DNA of 36,365 nucleotides from Perkinsus olseni (Eukaryota): NCBI GenBank assembly GCA_013115125.1, contig JABANN010000350.1, positions 1 to 36,365 of the forward strand, read 5' to 3'. Shown piece by piece: positions 1 to 11,379 of this stretch (position 1 is its first letter; each line of letters starts with the position of its first letter). The notes under the pieces were generated by a model. It saw only the letters and a program-made list of their open reading frames with translations, ran no database searches and was not told where the DNA came from. The position numbers and the translations under genes were made by a program.

Positions 1-490
1 TGAATTCCTCTCGTCAAAATACGTAAGCAGACCAACTTTGACATATGAAAGCTTCGTATTAAGCAAGATATCTTAATTTTGGTCATTTGCATATCAAAAT
101 GGCACACACAGTACAGTACTTACTACACTGACAAGGATTCTTGAGGGATCATCCATCTTCGATTTTGTAAACGAATAGCAACGTTTTACCAATTTACGTT
201 CTCTCCGTGCTACATGATGTTCCCACACACCACTTATGTTCTGCAGGATGCAGACTTGAAAGGACAGACTTGCCCACCCCTCATAACTTCTTGTTGCAAA
301 CGAGTCACGACTTCTAGTGGTGTGCCTTGGGCCGGTTTTTAACTTCGATAAACAAACCAGCCAAACGATTAAAAATCCTCGAAAAATAGTTGCCGAACTA
401 CGGCAACAGTTGAAGCTAATGGTTCAAACTACGGTGTGGTGATACAATCGGCAATTACTCCTCTTATCGCAGTTAATACCAAGACGATTT

Positions 491-720
491 GGGTGTATCC
501 CAACTGAGGCAGTGCCAATTCGAACAGTGGTCAACTCGTACAAGGTATCAACCCGTACACCACAGATTCGGACACTGCCGACTGAGTCAGTGGCAGGTCG
601 GACAAAAACGGTTGGGCGACTTGGACCAATTCAGACAGGACCACTTAAGACAGTGGCACTTCGCTCGCCACTACAACTCGTACAGTGCCAACATTGACAG
701 TGGCTTCGCACTCAGCAACT
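491..720. repeat. Degenerate short-repeat array, possible subterminal region of a Mutator-like element
   Basis: Recurrent imperfect motifs CAAYTCG(T/A)ACA / TTCGGACA / CAGTGG (e.g. ccaattcgaacagtgg, tcaactcgtacaa, caacccgtacac, caactcgtacagtgcc). It lies about 130 bp past the 3' end of the MULE-like ORF. No matching opposite terminus was found. Confidence 0.4.
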
Positions 721-853
721 GAATGCATAGTCTGTGAGGAGAGAGAAACTTTACCGAACCAGGCACACGCCGACAGAAAAGCAACATTCGAATCGAACTT
801 CACAGGTAAGGGCCTAGGTTAAGAATTGATTACTAGGCATTGAGTACTACTGC

Positions 854-1480
854 TTATTTCTGTACTTTTTGGCTGGCCTGGAACGTGCAAGTGTGGCACT
901 GCAAGTCCTCAAGTACTGGATAATATCCATTACTGAAGGAAGTCGAGTATATCCAGTGGATACACTCGACTTCCTTCAGACGGACTGCCGCTTCAGCCCA
1001 GGAAGTCCCATCATACTCCGGAAACGTAGCCGCATAAGCCGGAAACGTAGCCGCATAAGCTCTCTCCAATGTAGCTTCGGCCTGCTTGCGGGTCTGGGTT
1101 GGCTGACGACACGCGTCCCCAGCTTTTTTTCTAGCGAAACGCTGGCCAAATTCAGTAAGGCCATCGACTATAATGGACATTATGTGATAGAAGGAGGAGC
1201 GCCTTATACAACATAACGAATTCAAAGAATGATGATAGGCCTCACAGAGGTTACTGGTTCGTTCATGGGAGTTGGCGTGACACCAGAAGTGAGGGTCAAA
1301 AAGGGGTAGTTTTGAGACCGACTCAACATAAGTTCGCTCAAAGTAGCGGGCGAAGTTACTGAAGTCGGATTTAGTGGGCTCAGGAAGAATGACAGTAATG
1401 GTGGAACCCAGGGCGCGGACAGCCTCGAGGCCCCACATCAAGTGGTTAGGGGGTAAAAGGGGCAGTGAGCTTTCGTTGGA
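854..1480 (-). mobile_element. Mutator-like (MULE) transposase C-terminal remnant
   Basis: Translation gives ...LPLLPPNHL (just upstream of the ORF call) ... YFERTYV ... LFDPHFW ... ERTSNLCEAYHHSLN. This matches the typical MULE pattern LPLLP...YF..TW...F.P..W...RTNN..E.YH..LN. The N-terminal DDE part is missing or frameshifted. There is an internal 21-bp tandem duplication at 1018-1059 (AYAATFP x2). Confidence 0.7.
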
Positions 1481-1707
1481 AAATGAGTATTATGGCGCGT
1501 GACAGCAATGGACCCCGGGAGCTACGGGCTCAAAGCTAGCGCAAAATTTGGCGGGGGTGTTATTGGCCTAGCGGTTAAGACGTTGTACACCGAGACGATT
1601 TCATGGTGTTCTGAGAGTCGTGGTGCTCATTCGGTATGGTTGGTCATTCTGAATGATTCATTCATTTGGTTCTTTGTACTACAAAGTTCCTAGACAGCTT
1701 GTTGCTA

Positions 1708-1771
1708 TAAGGTTTTGAGTGACCCTCACTCTTCTTGTAAGTTACAAGAGTGACGGTTACTCAAAACCTTA
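1708..1771. repeat. Long imperfect palindrome / hairpin
   Basis: TAAGGTTTTGAGTGACC-C-TCACTCTTCTTGTAA / G / TTACAAGAGTGA-C-GGTTACTCAAAACCTTA. The arms pair over about 30 bp with two mismatches and a 3-nt bulge. Confidence 0.85.
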
Positions 1772-2101
1772 CAAGTTGTAACGAGACGCCAAGAGCCTTA
1801 TCCGACTGAATGGCTACGGTTTTATGGTGAAGGTTTGACCGGGATCCGTCTCATAAACGCAACCCGCAAAGAATGCGATTACGATAACTACCGAGCCGGA
1901 TGCCTCTAGAAAATGATTTATTAAATGTTCATTAGATGAACCTTGCTAGGGCTCAAGCCAGAATTACACAGAATGACTGGCCGCGGCGACTGGGTCAAGG
2001 ACTTGAGCCGCCGCAGAAATAGACGGAGACAGGTGACGCAGCTTTCCTGCGGCAGAAGCCACGCACTGCCGTCCATCAAACCACATATTAGTACATCAGC
2101 A

Positions 2102-2410
2102 CTAACGGGCAAGAGGCCCGTACATCTCCTCGCAGTAGGCACGTCCCTTTTCAAACTTGTCGGGGCCGTCATAACAACATAGGGCATTTACAAGCCGCCT
2201 TTGTACGAAGTCCAGTCCACACAAAGCGCAGACAAGGCGCAGGTCTCTGTCATTGCAGCAGGCGTAGACTCCCCTGTAGTCAGGATTCCCGCATGGGTCA
2301 CCACCCGCTTCGACATATCGAACGACCTCATCACGGCTCACGGCGTGACCAACAGACACCATATAAGCTAGGACAACGTAACTTAACGATAGCAGGGAGG
2401 ACAGAGACAT
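2102..2410 (-). CDS. Small secreted cysteine-rich protein (102 aa, 8 Cys), unknown function
   Basis: ATG at 2410. Hydrophobic signal-like N-terminus (MSLSSLLSLSYVVLAYMVSVGHA) is followed by a C-CC-CxxC-CC-C pattern. A TCAGTA plus pyrimidine-rich leader lies about 30 nt upstream, as in bona fide genes of this window. Confidence 0.65.
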   Translation of the reverse strand: MSLSSLLSLSYVVLAYMVSVGHAVSRDEVVRYVEAGGDPCGNPDYRGVYACCNDRDLRLVCALCGLDFVQRRLVNALCCYDGPDKFEKGRAYCEEMYGPLAR

Positions 2411-3282
2411 GCCGGCAATATCGACAAGAGACAAAGAGTACTGAAATTAGACAAGTGACAGTAGGATCTACCGTACATACGCCTTGCCGACGAGTGGATA
2501 GTGTTGTCGCAACCACCCACTTCTATAAACCCTGGGTTTAAAACCAAACCACGCTGCTCAGGTAGTTAATACCCTTCGGATAACTTGCGTATGAGGGTAA
2601 CTCTCGCTCGACAGGAGGAGTGGCGTCGAACAAGAGAAATAGCCTCTCTCAAAAAAAACAAGTCATATGGCAAGTTGCCTACAATGAGCCGACACCTACT
2701 CGAATCGCCAATACGTCTCACAGATCACCATAAACTCGTCTCAAATAGTAGTAATACTGACCACGATGTGCGCTTTGCAGGCATGTGCACCTGCACTTTT
2801 GAACAATTACTCAGTACAGTGTGGCTATTTGAGTCGGGGCTCAAAGAGAGGTAAAACCGGACTCGGGAGGGGTTCGGAGAGAACTGATCTAATTGCGGAT
2901 CCAGGATGAACGCATGTTCCATAGCATGACGAGGAACGCACGTGTTCACAGGGACGAACGTACGTACCATGAGCAAAGGCGCACAAAGAGCAAGGCGAGT
3001 ACGTAGCAGCAATGTAGTTGTCACTATAGTGCACACGGTTTCATAACGTACACGCACAAAATAGACAATCGCTGTCTAAAAATGAAGTGGTTGTCTAGAC
3101 AGGCCTCAGTACAGAATATTCAGCTTGACTTCTAACAGTACACGTTAGGTGTAACACCTGTCCTTTGCAAACTACGGAACACAACAACGTTAGAATCAGC
3201 GCATCACGCGTACACTAGTAACTCATTAGAGTTACAATCGTATATCACTGTTTGAGAAAAATAATCGTCATCAAGCAGCAGT

Positions 3283-4368
3283 TTAGTAAACATAGTTCTT
3301 GACGTACAAGGACTTCTTAGCAGACTCATCACCAGAGCCCTGGTACTTGCCGAGTTGGGCCTCGGAGTTGGCCTTGGCACGGACGAGGAAAGATTCCTGG
3401 GCGGCCTTGGTGTTCTCCTCCTTGCCTGACCAGGTCTTGATGGCACTGGCCTGCAAGGCACGACCATAAGAGAAGGTAAGGGCCCATGGGCGACGCTCCT
3501 TGGGAAGCTGGTTCATAGCCGACAGATTGACGGAAGCATCCTCTTCACTCTGACCGCCGGAAAGGAAGGTGACACCAACGAGAGCCGGAGGGACGGTACG
3601 GGCGAGAGTGCGAACGGTCAACTCAGCAATCTTCTGAGCACTGGGGCGCTCGGGACAGTCCACACCAGCGGTGACCATGTTGGGCTTGAGCAAGCAGCCC
3701 TCGAGAAGGACATGCTGATCATTCAAGGCCTTGAACACAGCGGACAAAACCCTCTCGGTGACGTAGGCAGAGGTCTCGATAGTATGAGTACCATCGGTCA
3801 GGATCTCGGGCTCGACGATGGGGACGAGACCGTTAGCCTGGCAGATGGTGGCATAACGAGCAAGAGTGTGAGCGGTCTCCTCGATAGAGAGCTGAGAAGG
3901 CATCTGCTTGACCTCATCGATCTTCAGGACGGTTCTCCACTTGGCGAAGCGAGCGCCCTGCTCGTAGTACTTCTGGCAACGCTCAGCGAGGCCATCAAGT
4001 CCCTGAGTAGCAGTCTCACCGTCGGTACCGGCGAGCTGGACAAGTCCCTTATCGACCTTGATGCCAGGAATGATACCCTGCTTCTTGAGCAAGTCAACCA
4101 TCGGGACACCTTCCGCATTCTTCTGGAAGAGAGTCTCCTCGAAGAGGATGGCACCAGAGATGTACTTGCCAGCATCAGGGGCAGTGAAGAGAAGCGACCT
4201 GTAGGCAGCACGGTGCTCCTCAGTGTTCTCGATACCAGCGGCATCGAAACGCTTCTTGATGGTACCAGTGGACTCATCTGCGGCCAAGATTCCCTTGCCG
4301 GGAGTGCAGATGGCGTTGGCAGTCTGGATGAGCTCAGCCTGATACTTGAGAGTTTCGCGAGCGGGCAT
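3283..4368 (-). CDS. Fructose-bisphosphate aldolase, class I (copy 1), 361 aa, intronless
   Basis: Motifs [42 protein letters not shown] (Schiff-base Lys), [17 protein letters not shown] and C-terminal SLYVKNYVY. Start placed at MPARE (4368) by alignment with copy 2. Confidence 0.97.
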   Translation of the reverse strand: MPARETLKYQAELIQTANAICTPGKGILAADESTGTIKKRFDAAGIENTEEHRAAYRSLLFTAPDAGKYISGAILFEETLFQKNAEGVPMVDLLKKQGIIPGIKVDKGLVQLAGTDGETATQGLDGLAERCQKYYEQGARFAKWRTVLKIDEVKQMPSQLSIEETAHTLARYATICQANGLVPIVEPEILTDGTHTIETSAYVTERVLSAVFKALNDQHVLLEGCLLKPNMVTAGVDCPERPSAQKIAELTVRTLARTVPPALVGVTFLSGGQSEEDASVNLSAMNQLPKERRPWALTFSYGRALQASAIKTWSGKEENTKAAQESFLVRAKANSEAQLGKYQGSGDESAKKSLYVKNYVY

Positions 4369-5195
4369 GTTGGAATATGACAATACAATAACTGCCAATA
4401 ACAAAACCGTTAAATTCACTGCTGTTGCCCGACTTCCCATCTATTAACGATACATTGAAATAGGTAGAACGCTGACTGCTATCCTGAACTAAGAATAGCG
4501 ATCCTCAGAGCTGCGCTGTTGTACGCTGAGAATTGTGTGCACCTGTGCCATCGTGTCTCTCACTCAAGCTCACCAACGGTCATAGCTCATCGAGTACACC
4601 TTTCACATTACTCGTTAGCAACTCCAAAGAAGAGGCTACATGAAGGCTGCCACTAAGGTTGGACCACCTTCGCTAGGTCTCTCACGCGGGCTCACCGAGA
4701 GCGGGACAATGATGATCAATTAGCTAAGGCAGCTCGTGGGAACGAGAACACTTTCCTTTGCTGCCCGAGCCCAGGAGAAAGCCGGTAAGCTGCCCAGCGA
4801 CGAGCCAACCCACCTTATCTTCCGGCTGCAGACTTCAGCTAACTGGCGCTACTTGCCGCCTCAACCACGAGCAACCTGGCGGGCCCAACACCAAGATTCT
4901 CGATTCTCCCCTCTATTTCCGACGCATTCTTAGCAGCAATGGAACTGAGGTCCCCGCTGGATTTCCACTGAATAGTGCCACCACATCAAAGCATGTCTCA
5001 GTATCGTTACAATTTCTAACCGGTCTGAACATACTACATCAATTAACGGGTTCACGAGAACTCGACACAGGTACACAACCGGTCTTGGAAAACTTTTAGC
5101 TTACACCATATTCTCTGAAAAAAGGAGGGCTCAAGGATCACGCGATAAGAATAGTGATCTATGGCCTTCAGTTCGAAGAACTTCTGTTATCATAT

Positions 5196-6278
5196 TCAAT
5201 AGACATAGTTTTTGACATAAAGGGACTTATTAGCAGCAGCATCAGCAGACCCCTCGTACTTCCCGAGTTGAGCGGCAGAGTTGGCCTTGGCCCGAGTGAT
5301 GAAAGCCTTTTGAGCAGCCTCAGTGTTCTCGTTCTTGCCAGCCCAAGTCTGGATAGCACTATGCTGAAGAGCACGGCCGAATGAGAAAGTCAACGGCCAC
5401 GGGCGCGCCTCCTTCATCGCGTTCATAGCGTTGAGGTTGAGGGAAGCCTCTTCCTCGCTCTGGCCACCAGACAGGAACAGCACACCAACTAGAGCTGGAG
5501 GGACGGTACGCTTGAGAGTGCGAACAGTCATTTCAGCGATCTTCTCAGGAGATGCGCGCTGGGGGCACTCTGCACCAGGCATAACCATATTGGGCTTGAG
5601 AACGCAGCCTTCAAGAAGGACGTGCAGATCGTTCAACGCCTTGAACACAGCTGAGAGAACTCTCTCGGTGACATACGCGTCAGTCTCGATGGTATGAGGG
5701 CCATCGCTCAGGACCTCGGGCTCGACGATAGGAACTAGACCGTTAGCCTGGCAGATACTGGCATAACGAGCAAGAGTGTGAGCGGTCTCCTTGATAGAAA
5801 GTTCAGACGGGACCTGCTTGGCCTCGTCAATCTTCACAACAGCTCTCCACTTGGCGAAGCGAGCGCCCTGCTCGTAGTACTTCTGGCAACGCTCAGCGAG
5901 GCCATCAAGTCCCTGAGTAGCAGTCTCACCGTCGGTACCGGCGAGCTGGACAAGTCCCTTATCGACCTTGATGCCAGGAATGATACCCTGCTTCTTGAGC
6001 AAGTCAACCATCGGGACACCTTCGGCATTCTTCTGGAAGAGAGTCTCCTCGAAGAGGATGGCACCAGAGATGTACTCGCCAGCATCAGGGGCAGTGAAGA
6101 GAAGCGACCTGTAGGCAGCACGGTGCTCCTCAGTGTTCTCGATACCAGCGGCATCAAAACGCTTCTTGATGGTACCAGTGGACTCATCAGCGGCCAAGAG
6201 GCCCTTGCCGGGTGTGCACATAGCGTGGGCAGTCTGAATGAGCTCAGACTGATACCTTAATTCATCACGAGCAGGCAT
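5196..6278 (-). CDS. Fructose-bisphosphate aldolase, class I (copy 2), 360 aa, intronless
   Basis: Same motif set ([43 protein letters not shown]). ATG of MPARD at 6278. Confidence 0.97.
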   Translation of the reverse strand: MPARDELRYQSELIQTAHAMCTPGKGLLAADESTGTIKKRFDAAGIENTEEHRAAYRSLLFTAPDAGEYISGAILFEETLFQKNAEGVPMVDLLKKQGIIPGIKVDKGLVQLAGTDGETATQGLDGLAERCQKYYEQGARFAKWRAVVKIDEAKQVPSELSIKETAHTLARYASICQANGLVPIVEPEVLSDGPHTIETDAYVTERVLSAVFKALNDLHVLLEGCVLKPNMVMPGAECPQRASPEKIAEMTVRTLKRTVPPALVGVLFLSGGQSEEEASLNLNAMNAMKEARPWPLTFSFGRALQHSAIQTWAGKNENTEAAQKAFITRAKANSAAQLGKYEGSADAAANKSLYVKNYVY

Positions 6279-6809
6279 TAGGAAGTTGATAGATAACAAA
6301 ATACTAACTTGAATTGATTCGAGGTCAGCGTTGCGAGCGCTTGCAGACACAGAGGGGCCGTATCCGGGGTTGCTTAAGGGCAACCAATTCCCCTTGAGCT
6401 TTATGATCACAGAGCTCTCAGGCTAGCAAGGAACACCATGAGCCTCGTCAAGGCTAGAAGATATCTCAGCGCCCTGTGATGGATTCTGTGCCAAGACTGC
6501 GCTAGTAGGAGCGCAAGATACCCCTGAATTTTTAGGCGCGCGCGACACACTTTCGACGACTTCGACTATTTGACAGATTCTGGTGGTCGCACAATTTTCG
6601 AAAATCCCCTGAGCCCCCCTAGGATGCCGCTCTCTCTACCAAGTGGATGGCCCCCTTCCGCTCACTGTCATGAGCGTGACATGCCCCCTTGCTCCCAAGG
6701 CGTAGACTAGTAATGCCTTCCGAATGGACTGGCCGGTCGGCGCATGATTCAGCCTTGCCTGCTGACCGTGTCCTTGCTGCGACTGTGTCGATCAGTTCTA
6801 ATCTTGTAA

Positions 6810-9800
6810 ATGCTGCAATTCACCCTCACGACCCTCGCGTCAGGTTTAGTAGTCCATCTTACTGACGCCCGTTTTATCGCCCCTTGTGCGTTGAAGTCGC
6901 GCAACGCCACTGAGGAGGTTTACACGCCTCTCCCTCGGTTCTCGGTAAGGCTTGGAAAGGGGACGGCGTATCTTGAGCTCACGCGGGGATGATACGGAAT
7001 AGGTTAGGCTCCTCCCTCACCAATTCACCTATTGGAGGTAGCCGAAGTCGTCCTTTGTCAGGCCAAAGACCTCCCCGTGAGCTGGGATTGGCGAGACGTC
7101 GATGGCGAAAACATGGTCACCACTGATCGGAGTTATTCCAACCCCAAGTAAGCATGGCCGCAGCACGCTGAGCCACACGACCCTCGCTGTTTCAGAGCGT
7201 GCGCTGGCTGCTGGGCCTTCGCTACTGTCCACACACTGTCCGACCGAATCAAGATTCAACGGAAAGCTGCATTCCCAGAGGTTAACTTGTCCCCTCAACC
7301 TCTGCTAACATGCGGCTATGACATCGGCAATGGCTGCCGTGGGGGAGGAGTCATCGACGCTATGCGTTACGTGAGTGGTCTGGGAGGGAAGTCCGGCAGG
7401 CCGCCTGTCATCACAGTGGCTTTTGTACGGTTGCCTGCCCACTGGGAGAACTCAACGCCACTAATAACGCTGACTGGTGACACACTTCTGCCCAATTTTC
7501 TTCGGAGTCTGTTGAGCTGAGAAGTTGTGCCTGAGTCCATTCGACCGAAGTATTTAGATCGATGCACCAGCCGGGAATCGAACCGAGGACTTTTTGCGGA
7601 TACTGTGATGTATTTAGATCAAAGAGAAAGGCATTACTGATGAGACCTGCTCGCCCTTTACCGGCAAGGGTCATGACACCGGTGACATCTGTCTAGGCTC
7701 CACCGTGTAAGTGGCTCCCCACCGTCATACCACTCCTCCGCCAAATCGCACGCTTCCCAGGTGTAGCACTTGCTCTGCTAACGGTGCATGCGAGATACCG
7801 AAGAAATACGATACCTTCCATGTGGAAGAGTTTGGCACTGTCACTGGGGAGGACGCAATTAAATCGGAAATCAAAGCCCGTGGACCGGTCGTGTGCCACA
7901 TGCACGTTAATGAAGCCTTTCGGTCCAAGTAAGCGTCCCCTTCTCCACTCCTCTGTGTGCCACTCGTTCGTTTCACAGTTACAGACCCGGCGCCGTCTGG
8001 GACTTCTCCGCACTTGATGAAGCAGCGGAGCCCAACCATGCTGCTGAAATTGCAGGCTGGGGTGTTGATGCTGACGGTAGTGTCATTGCGGCCTCAGCGT
8101 CAACTACTCGTCGAAGCTCAGGCACACCGTACTGGATCGCCCGTTTTGCATTCGGTACGAACTGGGGCGAGCACGGTTGGGCTAAACTGCATCGCTCCGC
8201 CGATGGCCATATCGAAAAGGCTGGCTGTGTTTGGGCTACGGTGAGGTAAGGTGCAGAACTGCTGGGCAGCCTCCTCGCTACTCTTGCTGTGTCAGTTCTG
8301 ATGCCTGGAAGGACTGGACGCTCTATCCCTCTATCAAGTAAGCACGCAGTTTTTGCTGATCCCGACAGTATGCTTCGTCAGGTACACATCTCCCGCTGTG
8401 AGAATACCGTCGGATGGCTTGGGAGTTGTTAAGGCCGAGCCAGGATACCTCACCCTTCGAGGCTCAGATGTAGGTGTCTGCCACGGCCGCCATGCTATTT
8501 CTGTATGGTAGGGCAAAATGCATGAGTATTTAGTACAAGCACTTGGTGGTATGAGGCGTAGTAGGGCTAGACACGGCCATGCGATGGGCGGCGAGCAGGT
8601 GAGGAGCTCTGCTGGCACCAGCCGTGACGATCCTGCGCAGGCCGCTACGCCTGAGGACGGCTCTCCCGCCCAGGAGGAGGCCTCGATCGAGTCTCCCAGT
8701 CCTCAGTATCTTATTGAAAGGCCCTTCATTATTGATGTAGTCATTAGCAGAGGGCTGGGGCTGTCGACCAGCGGTGGGGGTGTTCAGGGGCATCACTCGA
8801 CAAGCGAGTACAATAAGCCGTCTAATAAGGCAGGCGGGCACAAAGCAGTCCGCAAACCTGAGAACTTATGTGAGCGGCATTATTTGGAGATGAGGTGGAA
8901 TTTCGTGGCGCGCGCAGGTTCGACCTACTCAATGGTATGCAGCGCGGACCCGTCTTGTGAATGCGAGACTGGCTACTATAAAGTGAGACCTGTCCACGCT
9001 ACTTCTTTGTGAATGGGCTGTCTTGTCAGGCGCTCGATTCGAGGGCTAAGGACAACTCCACCTGCTACCTCTGTGTAAGGGATTTTTCATCAGTTCTCCC
9101 CCCTACCCGGCCGTTCCTGGTCGATTTGCTCGCTGTCTAGGTGCCGAAGGTCCCCGGGATTCAAGTCTCGAACGAGGCCAATGAAATTCCGCCGGGTACT
9201 TTGGTCTGACCGTCCGACCGGTTCGAGGGTGAATGTGTGATTTTCTCAGAGTCCTGGGACTGGCGTAATGTCGACGGCAAGAATTATCTATCCTTTACGA
9301 GGAACCAGCACAATCCCAGCTACTGCGGTGGCTGCTGGGCGTTCGCATGTGAGACTCTCCACCTGTCCCTGCCGCCTAGGACTTCCCTTCAGCGACCTCG
9401 GCTTTCGCCGACCGGTTGACGATCAGGGATGATCGACGATGGCCCAATAAGGCTATATCTCCTCAGCAGGTAACGGTCGCGGCGGGTGGCCACTTTCTGA
9501 CTAATTCTTAGCGAGCAGAGGCTCTTCGCTCCGCTCAGATCTATCTTAGGCGTGTCTTAGTTGCCCGATAGTCGTCGCTTTGCAGGTTATTAACTGTCGT
9601 GGTGGCGGGGACTGCTATGGGGGTGATAAGTACGGCGTTTATGATTTCTTTTATACTTACGGCGCGGTAGGTGGTGGCATGGCGAGCCTACTGCTGCTAG
9701 GAGCTTGGCAATCGCGGCAGGTTCACGATACGTGCAGAGCGTATACCGCGACCAACTTTGATGATTTCTTGGGGTGGTGTCCGGCAGAGGCGCGTTGCAT

Positions 9801-10680
9801 GGAGTGCACCGACGGCCCCGATGGGTGCAAGGCCACGGCAAACTACAGGACGTGGTAGGGAAGGGTGCTTGCAGTCGGGAGGGAGGAGGTGATGCTGGCC
9901 AGGCACGTACGAGACTTCGCAAGGCTGGAGGGCGCCGACCAGATCAAACGCGAAATTTGGAAGAGGGGCCCTGTGGGGTGCGGAGTGGATGCCACTAAAC
10001 AGATGGACGAGTGAGTTTGTCTTGCAGTGGAAGGGAGACGAGAAAATGGGTGATTTAGTTACGAAGGCGGAATCTTTTACCAAGACAAGCCCAATCCAGA
10101 GATCAATCATGAGGTCTCCCTGGTCGGCTGGGGCCAGGATCCTGACACTAAGGATGAGTAAGTCAATCAACAGCGCCGCGTTCCGCGCTCGCGGCTTCCT
10201 CTCCTCGCCGTAGCTGGTGCCCTCACAAAGCATATGGGTGTGCTCTGAGCTGTTACAATACATTGCTTTGAAAGGTACTGGGTCATGCGTAACTCCTGGG
10301 GTAGCTTCTGGGGAGAGCATGGCTACATGAGAATCAAGTTCGGCACCCTGTTGATCGATTCGCAATGCAGGTGAGTGTCGATTGTCGTGCCTTTTGGTCG
10401 TCGCAGACTTGCTGTGCTACTTAGTTGGGGAGAGCCCGGCGAGAATGTGAAAGGAAAGGTTGTCCCTAACGTGCCGTTTGCCGTCGGAAGTAAGAAGATT
10501 CCGATCTCCACTACAATGATCTCATCGTATTCTCTCCTCGTTGCCTCAGAGGTGGACCGTGGTCCGATTGCCGTGCTGCAGGTACGAAGTCTCTTGTTGT
10601 GGCAAATTACGTGGAGATGGACCCCAAGGGCAATGCCGTCGACCTCCACCCCGCGGGTGGATCTGCTGAGGAGTCCGTAG
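6810..10680 (+). CDS. Multi-exon papain-family (C1A) cathepsin X/Z-like protease with two tandem protease domains
   Basis: Signal peptide at 6810. Domain 1: [12 protein letters not shown]..., CAGCWAF...[54 protein letters not shown]. Domain 2: [75 protein letters not shown]. Many short GT-AG introns. Continuity through 8240-9250 and the exact 3' end are inferred. Confidence 0.85.
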
Positions 10681-11379
10681 AGATAACAATATGATGTTAT
10701 CAATGTCTTGACTATTATTATTATTATCACCTTCTCATGTACACCACCGTTCTGTCAAGGTGAATGGTACATGAGTCGGAGCAATGCTTTATCATTGTCT
10801 GTTGCTACTGCTGCTGATGATGATGATGATTGCAGTAGTAGCGTGTACAAGCGTTCGCCTGTTACCAGTGCATGGCACCACCTGACAGCGCAAACGCGCA
10901 TTTCTGTATTGTACAGTTGCCTTCTTGGCCCGATAGCAATAATAATAAAAACAACAACAATAACACTATCAATATCAGCAATAGCAGCATGCCGTTAATT
11001 GTCATCTCTTATTTTTAATAATTCGGCGCATTCACGTCAGCGCCCCGTCTCAAATACGTTGCCATTGTTGATGATGATAGCGGTCAGCAGACTGCTAGCC
11101 GCTACCGTTGCAGGATCGGTTACAACCGTTTGCCACTGCCTGTGCATTCTACGAAGACAGTTTACGGGGTACCATAGAATGTTGTAGTAATAGTACGAAG
11201 AAGATGGCACTGATAGATGCTTTTGTTAGGGTACTGGTGTTGCGTGCAAGTGGCGATTGAAAGTGGTAATCGTGAATCGCTTCGCTCCGCTAAGAAATCG
11301 TGACGGCGTCATTGTCGGCGTTTAAAACTCCCTTGTTGGTAGCAGTCAGTATTTTGTGATTCTGTAGCATCCACATCAT

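Noticed and set aside
2585..3060. ORF with CTC motif and nearby ACGTAC-rich repeats as the other end of the MULE element
   Set aside because: No SWIM His, and the repeats are not the reverse complement of 491-720.
3712..4380. Long antisense ORFs opposite the aldolases (also 5778-6260) and the Mei2-like gene (11755-12537)
   Set aside because: They are shadow frames expected from codon bias of the real gene on the other strand and have no independent motifs.
4369..4440. Hydrophobic N-terminal extension on aldolase copy 1 (ATG 4440) as a signal peptide
   Set aside because: It is not shared with copy 2, it is explained by the T-rich leader, and a CAG acceptor-like site lies between the two ATGs. 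It cannot be fully excluded without 5' end data.
10700..11000. (ATT)n, (GAT)n and (ACA)n tracts and short ORFs
   Set aside because: Ordinary low-complexity 3'UTR or intergenic microsatellites.
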